A stretch of 59,583 nucleotides of DNA from an uncultured Bacteroidales bacterium (GCA_949297975.1 CASFUX010000134.1:1-59583), one strand, 5' to 3'. Shown: positions 47,424 through 56,830, counted from the first letter of the stretch. Translations and numbers: made by a program. The notes: generated by a model from the letters alone, not told the origin.

Positions 47424-48443
47424 TCACTCGCCGATATAATTGACTTCCGGCTGCAATTCGATACCGAAACACCCGTGCACTGACTGCTGTATCTGCTCGG
47501 CCAAGTGGCGGATGTCGCGCCCCGCAGCACCGCCCAGGTTGACCAGCACCAACGGCTGCTTGCCCCACACGCCTGCCGGGCCGAGGTTGCGTCCCTTCCA
47601 TCCGCAACGGTCTATGAGCCAAGCCGCCGAGAGTTTTTCCTCGCTCTCCGACACATAGTAATGGGGCATGTCGGGATGCTCCGCCAGCAAGGCGGCGAAG
47701 CGGGCTTTCGGTACAACGGGGTTCTTGAAAAAGCTCCCCGCATTGCCCCATTGCTGCGGGTCGGGCAACTTGCTGCGGCGCATCTCGATGACGGCCTCGC
47801 GCACGTTGCCCAGCGACACGTCCCCTCGCTGTCGCACGGCTTCTTCCAAATGTTTATAACCGAAGCAATAGCGGGGCTGCGTGCCTAAGCGGAACACCAC
47901 GGACACCACCACGTACTTTCCCCGCTCTTCCTTTTTAAATATGCTTTCACGATAGCCGTAGCGGCATTCAGCTTGTGTGAACGTCCGCTTCCGCCCGGTG
48001 CCCATCTCCATGGTGCGCACCTCGTGGATGAGGTCCTTCACCTCCACCCCGTAGGCCCCGATGTTCTGCACGGCGGCAGCCCCCACCTGGCCTGGAATGA
48101 GCGAAAGGTTTTCCGCGCCATACCACCCTCGCTCCACACATTGCGCCACAAAGTCGTCCCACACCATGCCCGAGCCAACTTCCACATACACCGCGCCGTC
48201 CTCCTCCCGCAGCACGGACAAAGCCCGGTAGCGAGAGCGGATGACCACGCCCCGGAAGTCGGACAGGAACAGCAGATTGCTGCCTTTGCCCACCACCAAG
48301 CACTCATGCCGCTGCACCAAGTCGCTTTGCAGCACCTCGCGCAGCTCGGCGGGAGAACCGTATTCCACCAGCCAGTCGGCTTTTACGTCCATGCCGAACG
48401 TGTTGTATGGCAATAAGGACACTTTTTCTTGTCGGGTTATCAT
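47424..48443 (-). CDS. murB: UDP-N-acetylmuramate dehydrogenase
   Basis: YNTFG, G.GSN, IPG.VGAA.VQNIGAYG, YRES.FK, GSFFKNP, L.PEV. Confidence 0.97.
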   Translation of the reverse strand: MITRQEKVSLLPYNTFGMDVKADWLVEYGSPAELREVLQSDLVQRHECLVVGKGSNLLFLSDFRGVVIRSRYRALSVLREEDGAVYVEVGSGMVWDDFVAQCVERGWYGAENLSLIPGQVGAAAVQNIGAYGVEVKDLIHEVRTMEMGTGRKRTFTQAECRYGYRESIFKKEERGKYVVVSVVFRLGTQPRYCFGYKHLEEAVRQRGDVSLGNVREAVIEMRRSKLPDPQQWGNAGSFFKNPVVPKARFAALLAEHPDMPHYYVSESEEKLSAAWLIDRCGWKGRNLGPAGVWGKQPLVLVNLGGAAGRDIRHLAEQIQQSVHGCFGIELQPEVNYIGE

Positions 48444-49369
48444 GCTTCGGATGGATTGAATGGGTTGGCTTGTTGCCGGGTCACGTATTGGATAATTTCT
48501 TCTTCATCGTCGGGATGGAACCAATGCATTTCCTTGTCGCGGTTGAACCAGCTGAGTTGTCGTTTTGCGTAGCGGCGGGTGTCCTGCTTAATGAGTTCGA
48601 CGGCTTCGGGCAGGCTCATCCGCCCCTCCATGTAGGCATACAGTTCCTTGTAACCCACCGTATTCAACGTGTTCAAGTGGCGGTATTCGTAAAAGCGTTC
48701 CGCCTCGGCCAGCAACCCGTCGGTCATCATCTGGTCCACGCGACGGTTAATGCGTTCGTACAGTTTCTCGCGCGGTCGGTTCAGCCCTATCTTGATTATA
48801 TGAAAAGGCCGTTCTTTCCTTCGCCCGGTACGCAAGGCGGAATAAGGCCGCCCCGTGATGGTGCACACTTCCAGCGCATGGAGCACCCGCTTGTGGTTGT
48901 TCAAGTCCACCTGCCGGTAATGCTCGGGGTCAAGCCGACGCAATTCCTCCTGAATGAAACCCGCTCCCCGCGTGCGGTACTGCTCCAGCCAATAAGCACG
49001 CGTGGCAGCATCGATGGTAGGCAGGTCGTCAATGCCGTGGCACACCGCGTCCACATACAGCATGGAACCACCCACCAGCAGCACCAGATCATGAGACGCG
49101 AACAGCTCGTCCAGCAGGCGGTGCACGTCCAACTCGAACTGCCCGCTGTTGTATTCATCGTGAATGGAATGTGTGCCGATAAAATAATGCCGCACCGCCC
49201 GTAACTCGTCCTCAGTGGGGGCAGCCGTGCCGATGCGCAGTTCGCGGTAGAACTGGCGCGAGTCCGCCGAGACGATGGGAGCCGCCCACTGCCGTGCCAG
49301 CCGGATGCTGATGTGTGTCTTGCCCACCCCCGTGGGACCTACGATGACGAGTAAGGTCTTGCCTTGCAT
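48440..49369 (-). CDS. miaA: tRNA dimethylallyltransferase
   Basis: GPTGVGKT, SADSRQ.Y..L.IGTA, VGGS.LY, VGYKE, TRRYAKRQ.SW; ATGA overlap with murB. Confidence 0.97.
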   Translation of the reverse strand: MQGKTLLVIVGPTGVGKTHISIRLARQWAAPIVSADSRQFYRELRIGTAAPTEDELRAVRHYFIGTHSIHDEYNSGQFELDVHRLLDELFASHDLVLLVGGSMLYVDAVCHGIDDLPTIDAATRAYWLEQYRTRGAGFIQEELRRLDPEHYRQVDLNNHKRVLHALEVCTITGRPYSALRTGRRKERPFHIIKIGLNRPREKLYERINRRVDQMMTDGLLAEAERFYEYRHLNTLNTVGYKELYAYMEGRMSLPEAVELIKQDTRRYAKRQLSWFNRDKEMHWFHPDDEEEIIQYVTRQQANPFNPSEA

Positions 49370-49387
49370 GTTGTGCGCCGTAAAGAG

Positions 49388-49510
49388 GCACACGGATGAC
49401 ACGGATTAAACGGATTTACACAGATGGATGGGATAAATCTGCGCCAATCCGCGTTATCTGCGGGGAAAAATCTCCGTGTAAATCCGTTCAATCCGTGTAA
49501 TCCGTGTGCT
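49388..49510. repeat. CACGGAT 9-9-10 inverted arms with an ATCTGCG module in the loop
   Basis: gcacacggatgacacggattaaacggatttacacag ... ccgtgtaaatccgttcaatccgtgtaatccgtgtgc. Confidence 0.85.
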
Positions 49511-50061
49511 TAATAATTGTCGTCGTTGTACGAGGTGTTGTCGAAGCTCAGGTCGCCGAAGCCTTCTTCGTCCAGTTCGTCGGGGTCGAAGCCGTCGTCT
49601 CCGTAGAACGACTCGTCGAGCATCATGCCACCCGCTACGGGGGCATCATCGCCCTGCATGATTTGCACCGGCGGCTCGCCCTGCTTCACCGTGCATACGG
49701 CCTTGTCCAAGTGCTTGCCGGTAATGATTTCGCTCAGTTCGATGAAGAAAGCGCGGTCGAACATGCCATCGAATACGTATTGCAGCTTCTGCTTTTCATC
49801 TGTCAAATAATCCTCCAGCACCGTGCTGTCCATCACCAGGTTGTCGTATTCCGGATCGGTTTCCATCTCCATCAAGGTGATTTCCTGCTCGCGTTCCCAA
49901 CCGTCCGAACACAGGAAAAAGGAGGTCACCTGGTCTTTCGTGTAGCCCACGGAATCGAGTATGGCCTCGTGCAGGTCGAAAAACGTGGCCTCGGCATCGA
50001 TTTTAATGATGCGCATGAAGTCGTCAGCCTCATCGGATAGAATAGTAAACTTGTAAACCAT
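49510..50061 (-). CDS. Conserved Bacteroidetes acidic protein (pRiA4b ORF3 / IS1096-passenger TnpR-like fold)
   Basis: YKF.I.SDE..DF.R.I.ID...TF.DLH.AI, SFF.C.D.WE..QEITL, YVFD...R.FFIEL; upstream of miaA. Confidence 0.75.
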   Translation of the reverse strand: MVYKFTILSDEADDFMRIIKIDAEATFFDLHEAILDSVGYTKDQVTSFFLCSDGWEREQEITLMEMETDPEYDNLVMDSTVLEDYLTDEKQKLQYVFDGMFDRAFFIELSEIITGKHLDKAVCTVKQGEPPVQIMQGDDAPVAGGMMLDESFYGDDGFDPDELDEEGFGDLSFDNTSYNDDNY

Positions 50062-50180
50062 ATCAATTCAATGTAAGTGTTTGTTTGGGGTGGTAAAGAT
50101 ACTGTTTTTTTTCGATTGGTGTCCTATTTCCCTTTGTTTTTTCAATCCACCGGCACGCATAAGCCGATGAACCATGTATG

Positions 50181-50229
50181 AAAACACCGGGGCGTACCGA
50201 ATACAAATTTCGGTACGCCCCGGTGTTTT
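50181..50229 (-). terminator. Terminator after dnaA, 21-bp perfect stem
   Basis: AAAACACCGGGGCGTACCGAA-loop-TTCGGTACGCCCCGGTGTTTT. Confidence 0.85.
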
Positions 50230-50251
50230 TAGGTTTGTACGGTTTCCACCG

Positions 50252-51628
50252 TCAGGCTTTCAGCCGCTCTTCTATCTCTTGCACGCTGGTGCGGAAGCGT
50301 TTGTCCGTCTCCATCAAGTCGCTCACAATCTTGCAGGCGTGCAGCACGGTGGCATGGTCGCGCTTGCCGATGGCCTCGCCAATGGCGGCCAGCGAACTCT
50401 TGGTGTACTGTTTGGACAGGTACATGGCTATCTGTCGCGCCTGCACCACCTCGCGTTTGCGGCTCTTGGTGGAGATGGCATCAACAGACAAGTCGAAGTA
50501 GTCGCATACCACGTCGCGTATCCGTTCCACCGTGTTGACTTTCGGCGTGATGCTGACGATGCGGTTGATGACCTTCTCCGCCAGTCGCAAGTCAAGCGGT
50601 GCGTCGGCCAGCGTGGAGTGCGCCATGAGCGATACCAGCACGCCCTCCAGGTCGCGCACACTGTCGGTCACGTGTTCGGCGATGTAGTCCACCACGTTGG
50701 CCGGGATGTCCAGTCCGTCGCGGTATATCTTGTTCTCCAGGATGGCCTTGCGCATGGCGAAATCCGGCTTTTCTATTTCGGCCGACAACCCCCACTTGAA
50801 GCGCGTGAGCAATCGCTGTTCCAGCCCCGCCATCACGATGGGCGAGCGGTCCGAGGTGAGCACCAACTGCTTGCCCGACTGGTGCAGATGGTTGAAAATG
50901 TGGAAGAACGTGTTCTGCGTACCGGTCTTGCCTGCAAACTCCTGGATGTCGTCCACTATCAGCACGTCGATGGTCTGGTAGAAGTTGAGGAAGTCGTTGG
51001 CGGTGTTGTTGCGCACCGCATCGGTATATTGTATTTGGAAAGTGTTGGCCGTCACGTACAGCACTCGCTTGTCCGGATGCAGCTGCTTGGTCATCACCCC
51101 GATGGCATTGGCCAGGTGCGTCTTGCCCACGCCCGACTGCCCATATACGAACAAGGGGTTGAAGATGGTCTTGCCCGGGTCATTGGCAATGCTGATGCCC
51201 GCCGTGCGTGCCAACTTGTTGCTGGCTCCCTCGATGAGGTTGGCAAATGTGTAGGCAGGGTTCAACTGCGGGTCGATATCCGGCAGGCGGTTCTTGGCAT
51301 AAGGGTTCACATATCCCGGCTTGGGACGGGGCTGAGGAGCGGCACTAGGCAGCGGTATTTTCCGGTCGTTGCTCTTGTCCACCAGCACCCGGTATTCCAG
51401 CCTCGTGCCTTCGCCCACTACCCGGAAGAGCGTCTTGCCCAGCAGGTCGATGTACTTTTCCTCGATGTATTCCACGAAGAAAGGACTGGGCACTTGCAGC
51501 ACGAAGATGTTGTTTTCGTACTTCAGCGGCACGATGGGGGCGAACCACGTGTCATACGCGGTTTCCGGGATGTTGTCCTTGATTACATCCAGGCAGCTTT
51601 TCCACAGTTGTTCGCAAGCCATTGCCAT
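50252..51628 (-). CDS. dnaA: Chromosomal replication initiator DnaA
   Basis: [50 protein letters not shown]. Confidence 0.98.
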   Translation of the reverse strand: MAMACEQLWKSCLDVIKDNIPETAYDTWFAPIVPLKYENNIFVLQVPSPFFVEYIEEKYIDLLGKTLFRVVGEGTRLEYRVLVDKSNDRKIPLPSAAPQPRPKPGYVNPYAKNRLPDIDPQLNPAYTFANLIEGASNKLARTAGISIANDPGKTIFNPLFVYGQSGVGKTHLANAIGVMTKQLHPDKRVLYVTANTFQIQYTDAVRNNTANDFLNFYQTIDVLIVDDIQEFAGKTGTQNTFFHIFNHLHQSGKQLVLTSDRSPIVMAGLEQRLLTRFKWGLSAEIEKPDFAMRKAILENKIYRDGLDIPANVVDYIAEHVTDSVRDLEGVLVSLMAHSTLADAPLDLRLAEKVINRIVSITPKVNTVERIRDVVCDYFDLSVDAISTKSRKREVVQARQIAMYLSKQYTKSSLAAIGEAIGKRDHATVLHACKIVSDLMETDKRFRTSVQEIEERLKA

Positions 51629-52447
51629 ACCGTTTTTACGAATAACGAATCTTTTTGTAACCTAACTATTGTTGAAAATCAATGCGGCAGCGCATAAAAA
51701 AAAGTGCCGTGTAGCACTTCACAAAAGTCCGAAACTTTTCCGAACCGTGCAAATAATTTTTCGGACAGGAAGAAACGGCTTTTACATTCTTTTTATTATC
51801 AAGTCTTTGCCATACTTTATTGCATACCAACGTATTAAGCAGAATGCGACTTGTTGATAAAGTTGATTTTAAACACTTTGACGATTTGCCGTCCAAAGCC
51901 CTCCGCCCCTTGAGACAATGCCCTAAAATCGGTTAAGCAATAGGGTGTCAGCCCGTCTTGGATTGTTACCGCTTCCTTGTCTTATTTTAGACAAAGTCTA
52001 AGAATATTCCTTTGACTTTACATAAGACACGCCTTCTTATTACAAGCGAACTTTTGAGTGCAAACGGGACTCCGTAAAGCATGAATTAACGTGGACGCAG
52101 GTTTCCACATAACGTGAGTTCGGGTTAAAAATGATATTCAAGTGATATAATTTCTAACCCCTCCCCCTTACGGCTGCTCACCTTTATCAAAAGGGGAGAG
52201 TAAAATTGCTTTTGTCTACTGTCATCAGATAGAACATGCCCATTTTGTCTTTTCAGTTCTCCGATAAGGGTAGCAAATGAGTAACAATTTAACAAATAGA
52301 CAATTAGATAGCACAATATGTTTAAAGATAATATCTTGAAAACCAAAAGTAAGATGCGTCCAACATCCTATTTTACGGAAGCGGGGGGATTTATTATGTG
52401 CCTTAAAACCTGTTGTTTGCATGTGATGGGTGTCAAAAATCATGAAT

Positions 52448-53137
52448 TTATCCCCATCCGAGTTCGTCACACCAGACCCATGTGAGGGTGTAGTCTTTTT
52501 GGGGTTGTGAGGTGTATTCAAACGTTTCTGTTTCTGGGTAGCAGTACACATATACCATATTCCACCCCTTGTTTAGTTTTATGGCATATTTGTCAGAGCC
52601 TCTTTTTCCAGAAACGGTTACTTCCTTGTTGGAATAATAAAAACTTACCCTAAACGGGTCGAAAGCATATCCGTACATGTATTTCCACGGTTCGGACAAA
52701 TCCGTCAACACGCAACTTGCCACGTATTCATCTCCTAAGTGCAAACTTCCATTGTATATTTCCCCAACCAAAGCAGTAGTGTCGGATATTTCCAATCCCC
52801 TAAATTCAACTGTAACTTCTCTGAGTTCTTTGTCTGTCATCTCCCGAAGTTGGATGGAGAAACTTCCCAGTTCGTCAATGTACGAACTTGAAACTATATT
52901 CCACAATTCAAACCCATTTCCTGACATTCCGAGTTCAATTTTATCTACGTAACCTACCGGGGTCAATATCCTTCTTGTCCCCGCAGCACAGGTATCGTTG
53001 TCAAACACGACTCTCTTCACTTGCTGGTCTGTGAGCTCGACCGTAGTACCCAATGGTCTTGACAATTTAGGCTCGTTTTTCCCATCGCAAGAGCAAAGCA
53101 CACATGTAACAAGTGAGATAAGCAATATTCTTTTCAT
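52448..53137 (-). CDS. AT-rich hypothetical lipoprotein
   Basis: LCSC lipobox; C-terminal YS..EV.V...IKLNKGWN motif shared with its neighbour; ATGA overlap. Confidence 0.75.
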   Translation of the reverse strand: MKRILLISLVTCVLCSCDGKNEPKLSRPLGTTVELTDQQVKRVVFDNDTCAAGTRRILTPVGYVDKIELGMSGNGFELWNIVSSSYIDELGSFSIQLREMTDKELREVTVEFRGLEISDTTALVGEIYNGSLHLGDEYVASCVLTDLSEPWKYMYGYAFDPFRVSFYYSNKEVTVSGKRGSDKYAIKLNKGWNMVYVYCYPETETFEYTSQPQKDYTLTWVWCDELGWG

Positions 53138-53937
53138 TGTTTTCCTATGTTATTGTCTATGATTACCCATTCGCAATCGGACGGGATGTCGTCAGTGGAC
53201 ATTTCTGCCGGAATTATATATTGGCAATACCCAAACCCAAATTCGGGTATCGTATGCGCACTCGAAATCCATTCCCCGCTTTTGCGGGAAACGTACATGT
53301 TCCACCCTTTTTTTAGTTTGAGGTTTATCTGTTCAGCTGCTATATCATCATCCACGTTTTCATAGAATATGTTCACATCCCTGTCCGCATACAAATAGCC
53401 AACAGTCTCATTCATTCCCGCATGTGCCCCTTTATAGTTTGGAACACATTCCCCTTCCACATAGTCAAAATCAGGTATGTATGTAAGACCCGCAGATTTG
53501 CTCATGCGTGATAGGTAGTGTTCTGCATCCGTCTTATTGTCCCGATAGTAGAAATACGCCTCGTTCACCTTTGCGGACTTGTCAGACACTTCGCAGATGC
53601 CTGCAAAAAACTCATCTGCCGGGTACAGGAACTCCCCGCTTATCTTATCGGGCAGTTCTATGTTGAATTGCAGGTTCACGTAGTCCGACTTCGCTATAAC
53701 AGGGCTTTCCACCATCGCCACACATATCTCCACGTCTTTAGTGAACGTCCTTTCCACCTTGTTCTCCTCGCACACGGTGTAGTCCATGCATGTGCCACTC
53801 CCGTTCTCACAGGGTACTTCCCTTTTGAAACTTATCTCCTTGATAGACCCGCCCACCTTGTTGGCATCCTTGTACGGGCTGTTTTCTTCACAAGAGCACA
53901 ATAACAAAATCAATAATGACAGTGCTAGTTTTTTCAT
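53134..53937 (-). CDS. AT-rich hypothetical lipoprotein
   Basis: LCSC lipobox; YADRDVNI...INLKLKKGWN motif. Confidence 0.75.
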   Translation of the reverse strand: MKKLALSLLILLLCSCEENSPYKDANKVGGSIKEISFKREVPCENGSGTCMDYTVCEENKVERTFTKDVEICVAMVESPVIAKSDYVNLQFNIELPDKISGEFLYPADEFFAGICEVSDKSAKVNEAYFYYRDNKTDAEHYLSRMSKSAGLTYIPDFDYVEGECVPNYKGAHAGMNETVGYLYADRDVNIFYENVDDDIAAEQINLKLKKGWNMYVSRKSGEWISSAHTIPEFGFGYCQYIIPAEMSTDDIPSDCEWVIIDNNIGKQ

Positions 53938-54012
53938 AAACGTTCTACATATAAAAATAGGAATACCTACAATTCACTTACAACATATATCTCATTCTCT
54001 CATTTTTTATGC

Positions 54013-54912
54013 TCATTCCTTCCGCCCGAAGAGCGAGAAATGCACGTACCGTTTGGGGTGCAGCCGCAGGTCGATGAGCAGGCTGTCGGCGGCGGAAGCG
54101 GTGTTGGTAAGGTCGATGTACAACTGGCGGTCGTTGAGCAGGGCACCCAGCGTGCCGGTGCCGTTGTTTATCTTGCCGATGGTCATGTCCAGACCCGACA
54201 GGGTGCGGTCCAAGTTGTTGAACGTGGCGCGGTAGTCTATTTGCTTCAAGTTGCCGCTCACGACCGACAAGTCGCTCAGCAGCAGGTCGGTCTTGTCAAG
54301 TATGCGGGGCACGTCGTTGGCCATCAGGTGGCGCAGCGAGCCGGACGTGGCAGCCAGGTCGGCAGCCGCCTGTTCCGCCGAGGCCAGCGTGTGGGCGAGG
54401 CTTTCATCTTCCACCAACTGCCGCAGCGAGCGAATGAGCGAGTCGGCCTCCTGCGAGAACGCCTCCAGCTTGGGCAACAGGCTGCCCGTGAGTGCTCCCA
54501 TCAACCCCTCGTCGGCCTGTGACGGCACCAAGTCGCCTTCCGCGTAACAATCATCGTCTGCGCCCGCCGGGATGAGCAGCCGGATGGCCTTGCCGCCCAT
54601 CAGCCCGTCGTCAAACAACTCGACCACGGTACCCCGCGTCAGCCGTATGTCCTTGGACACGGAGAAGCGGATGGTGAAAGGCGTTTCGCGGGTGAAGTCG
54701 TACACAATCTCGTCCACCTGCCCCACTTTGTAGCCTTTCACGTACACCGGCGTGGACACCACCAGCCCGCCTATCTCGTCATATTGGGCGCAATAGCTGC
54801 GGGTAGGCGAGAATATGTTGACACCTTTCAGAAAATTAAGCCCGAAATACACCAGGAACAAAGCCCCTATCACAATGAGGCCAAACTTCAAATCGCGTGA
54901 TAATGATTTCAT
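54013..54912 (-). CDS. mlaD: MCE/MlaD family protein
   Basis: N-terminal TM, G.NFLKG, GL...PV.V.GYKVG.V, GLMGGK, GTLG.LLND..LY, DLR.HPKRYVHFSLFG. Confidence 0.9.
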   Translation of the reverse strand: MKSLSRDLKFGLIVIGALFLVYFGLNFLKGVNIFSPTRSYCAQYDEIGGLVVSTPVYVKGYKVGQVDEIVYDFTRETPFTIRFSVSKDIRLTRGTVVELFDDGLMGGKAIRLLIPAGADDDCYAEGDLVPSQADEGLMGALTGSLLPKLEAFSQEADSLIRSLRQLVEDESLAHTLASAEQAAADLAATSGSLRHLMANDVPRILDKTDLLLSDLSVVSGNLKQIDYRATFNNLDRTLSGLDMTIGKINNGTGTLGALLNDRQLYIDLTNTASAADSLLIDLRLHPKRYVHFSLFGRKE

Positions 54913-54916
54913 ATTC

Positions 54917-55046
54917 GTTACAAGTTACGAGTGGACGAGTAGACGAGTAAACGAGAGCAGTCCCCATCCCAAGCCAACGCCTCACTACTCCTGTTCGCTA
55001 CTCACTATTAGCTGTTAGCTACTCACTACTAACTATCAGCCGCTAC
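54917..55046. repeat. Short tandem arms (ACRAGTT/GACGAGT and CTACTCA/CTAT heptamers) between the amidase and mlaD
   Basis: gttacaagttacgagtggacgagtagacgag ... ctactca ctattag ctgttag ctactca ctactaa. Confidence 0.65.
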
Positions 55047-56123
55047 TCACTCTTTCAACATCTTTTGCGCTTCCGCCACGGATATTTTCTGCCCATCGAG
55101 GAAAGCCACCACAAAGGCATCGGGGAACTTGGCCTGCACTTCCTTCTTCGTGCGCTGTATCTTGTCGTAGTCGGACGTGCTGCCCGCCGTGTATTTGTAC
55201 ACGCCGCCTTCCACAAAGTATTCCACATCGCGCAAGCCTTTCAGCTTGCGGTCGTTCGTCTTCAGTTTTTCCCGCGAAGTGGCAAACTGCACCTTGAACA
55301 CCGGCTTGCCTGCCGCGCTTCCCTTCACGGTAGCAGCCCGGGCACCGTCCAGGTTCGACCGGTTGTCGTAGTCGCGCTTGTAATCGTCAAACGCGTTGCT
55401 GATGGCCTGCGCCAAAGCCGTCTGCCCTTTCTCGGACACCATGTAGCGTTCCTCCGCCGGGTTGGAGATGAAGCCCAGCTCCACCAGCACGCCGGGACAG
55501 GCCGAACGGTGCAGCACGATCAGCTCGCTCTCCTTCACCCCCCGGCTCTCGCGCTTGCAATGCTTCACAAACTGGTTTTGCACGGCAGCGGCAAACTCCA
55601 CGCTGCGCTCCATGTACTTGTTCTGCATGAACTCGAACATGATGTACGACTCCACCGACGTAGGGTCGAAACCCTCGTAACGGGTGGAATAATCATCTTC
55701 CAACAGGATAACGGAGTTTTCGCGCATGGCCACGTCAAGGTTCGACTTCGACCTTGAAAGCCCGAACACGAACGTCTCCGTGCCCACCGTGGACTTGCTG
55801 GCGGTGGCGTTGGCGTGGATGGAGATGAAGAGGTTCGCGTGGTTCTTGTTGGCCAGTTCGGCGCGGTCGAACAACGAAGGGTAAGTGTCGCCCTTGCGGG
55901 TGTACAGCACCTTCACGTCCGGGTGCCGCCGCTCGATGAGTGCTCCCAGTTTGAGCGCGACGGCCAGGTTGATTTTCTTTTCTTGCGAGATAGCCCCCAG
56001 CGCACCGGGGTCGCGCCCGCCATGCCCGGGGTCTATCACCAGCGTAAACGACTGCTGTCCCCACGCCCCGCCCCACGCCAGGAACACCAGCATGAGCACG
56101 GACCAATATTTTTTAAACGCCAT
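55047..56123 (-). CDS. N-acetylmuramoyl-L-alanine amidase (Amidase_3) with C-terminal SPOR-like domain
   Basis: VIDPGHGG.DPGA, EK.INL, R..LAN, FISIHAN, LVELGFISN..E. Confidence 0.93.
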   Translation of the reverse strand: MAFKKYWSVLMLVFLAWGGAWGQQSFTLVIDPGHGGRDPGALGAISQEKKINLAVALKLGALIERRHPDVKVLYTRKGDTYPSLFDRAELANKNHANLFISIHANATASKSTVGTETFVFGLSRSKSNLDVAMRENSVILLEDDYSTRYEGFDPTSVESYIMFEFMQNKYMERSVEFAAAVQNQFVKHCKRESRGVKESELIVLHRSACPGVLVELGFISNPAEERYMVSEKGQTALAQAISNAFDDYKRDYDNRSNLDGARAATVKGSAAGKPVFKVQFATSREKLKTNDRKLKGLRDVEYFVEGGVYKYTAGSTSDYDKIQRTKKEVQAKFPDAFVVAFLDGQKISVAEAQKMLKE

Positions 56124-56210
56124 ATATATTATATGTATAAGCTACCGGCAACCCGGTGAGAATAGGAAAACGCCTTCGCGCGTTTCATCTGCAAAAGTAA
56201 GACTTTTTGT

Positions 56211-56504
56211 GCAAGTTCGGGATAGATATTGGCTACATTTACTTATTATTTGTGCTTTAGAACCTCACCCCTAACCCCTCTCCCTGGAGGCTGTGTAAAA
56301 AGTACCATTTTCATGCCGTCCTCGTCATTTCGAGCGCAGCGAGAAATCTCACAGTGGCCTTGGAAGCGTTGTAGAAGGGGATTTCTCCCTACGGTCGAAA
56401 TGACGGCGGGTTTGTTTCGTGGTTTTCACACAACCTCCCAGGGAGAGGGGTTGGGGGGTGAGGTGGTTAGTAGACAGGACTGCTTTTTCTTATCCCGAAC
56501 TCGC
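56211..56504 (+). mobile_element. MITE-like element with AGTTCGGGATA terminal inverted repeats, carrying a nested TIR-bounded insert of about 153 bp (56286-56438)
   Basis: Aligns with the empty copy at 57239-57377; insert ends GGAGGCTGTGTAAAAA / TTTTCACACAACCTCC. Confidence 0.8.
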
Positions 56505-56530
56505 ATACTTTTTTGTGCAAACCAGGAATT

Positions 56531-56823
56531 TAGGATTTCAGATTTTAAATTCCAGATTTCAGATTGGGAATGCAAATGACGCAAAAAACGCAAATGAACG
56601 CGAATTGTTTTTCCCGCATTTTTCTTATTTTTGTCCCGCAGATTTCGCGAATAAGTGCGGATGGGGTTCTTGCCTCTTACTCCTTATCTCTTGCCTCTGT
56701 CCGCAGGGCGTTGCCCTAGGCTGAACGCCCCAAGGCCGTTGGTCTTGAATGAACGCAAAAGGGCGAAAGATTTTTCGCCCCTACACGCCCGCACTTGTAG
56801 CTTGTAGCTTGTAACTCGTAGCT
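56531..56823 (-). repeat. Longest composite repeat (heptamers, GTAGGGGCGAAAAATCTTTCGCCC REP, GCAGGGCGTTGCCCTA REP, ACGCAAAT arm, ATTTCAG heptamers)
   Basis: Collinear with 31835-32022 and 10528-10725. Confidence 0.8.
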
Positions 56824-56830
56824 GAATCCC

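Noticed and set aside
49510-50061. IS1096-passenger/TnpR-like gene as evidence of a transposon
   Set aside because: No transposase or IS ends nearby; this gene is a usual neighbour of miaA in Bacteroidales.
45943-52391. Intact integrative element at tRNA-Ser
   Set aside because: No integrase, the enclosed genes are core, and the duplicate lies on the wrong side of the tRNA; kept only as a possible relic.
51629-52447. oriC next to dnaA
   Set aside because: No dense DnaA-box cluster or clear unwinding element and no dnaN; cannot be decided without genome-wide skew.
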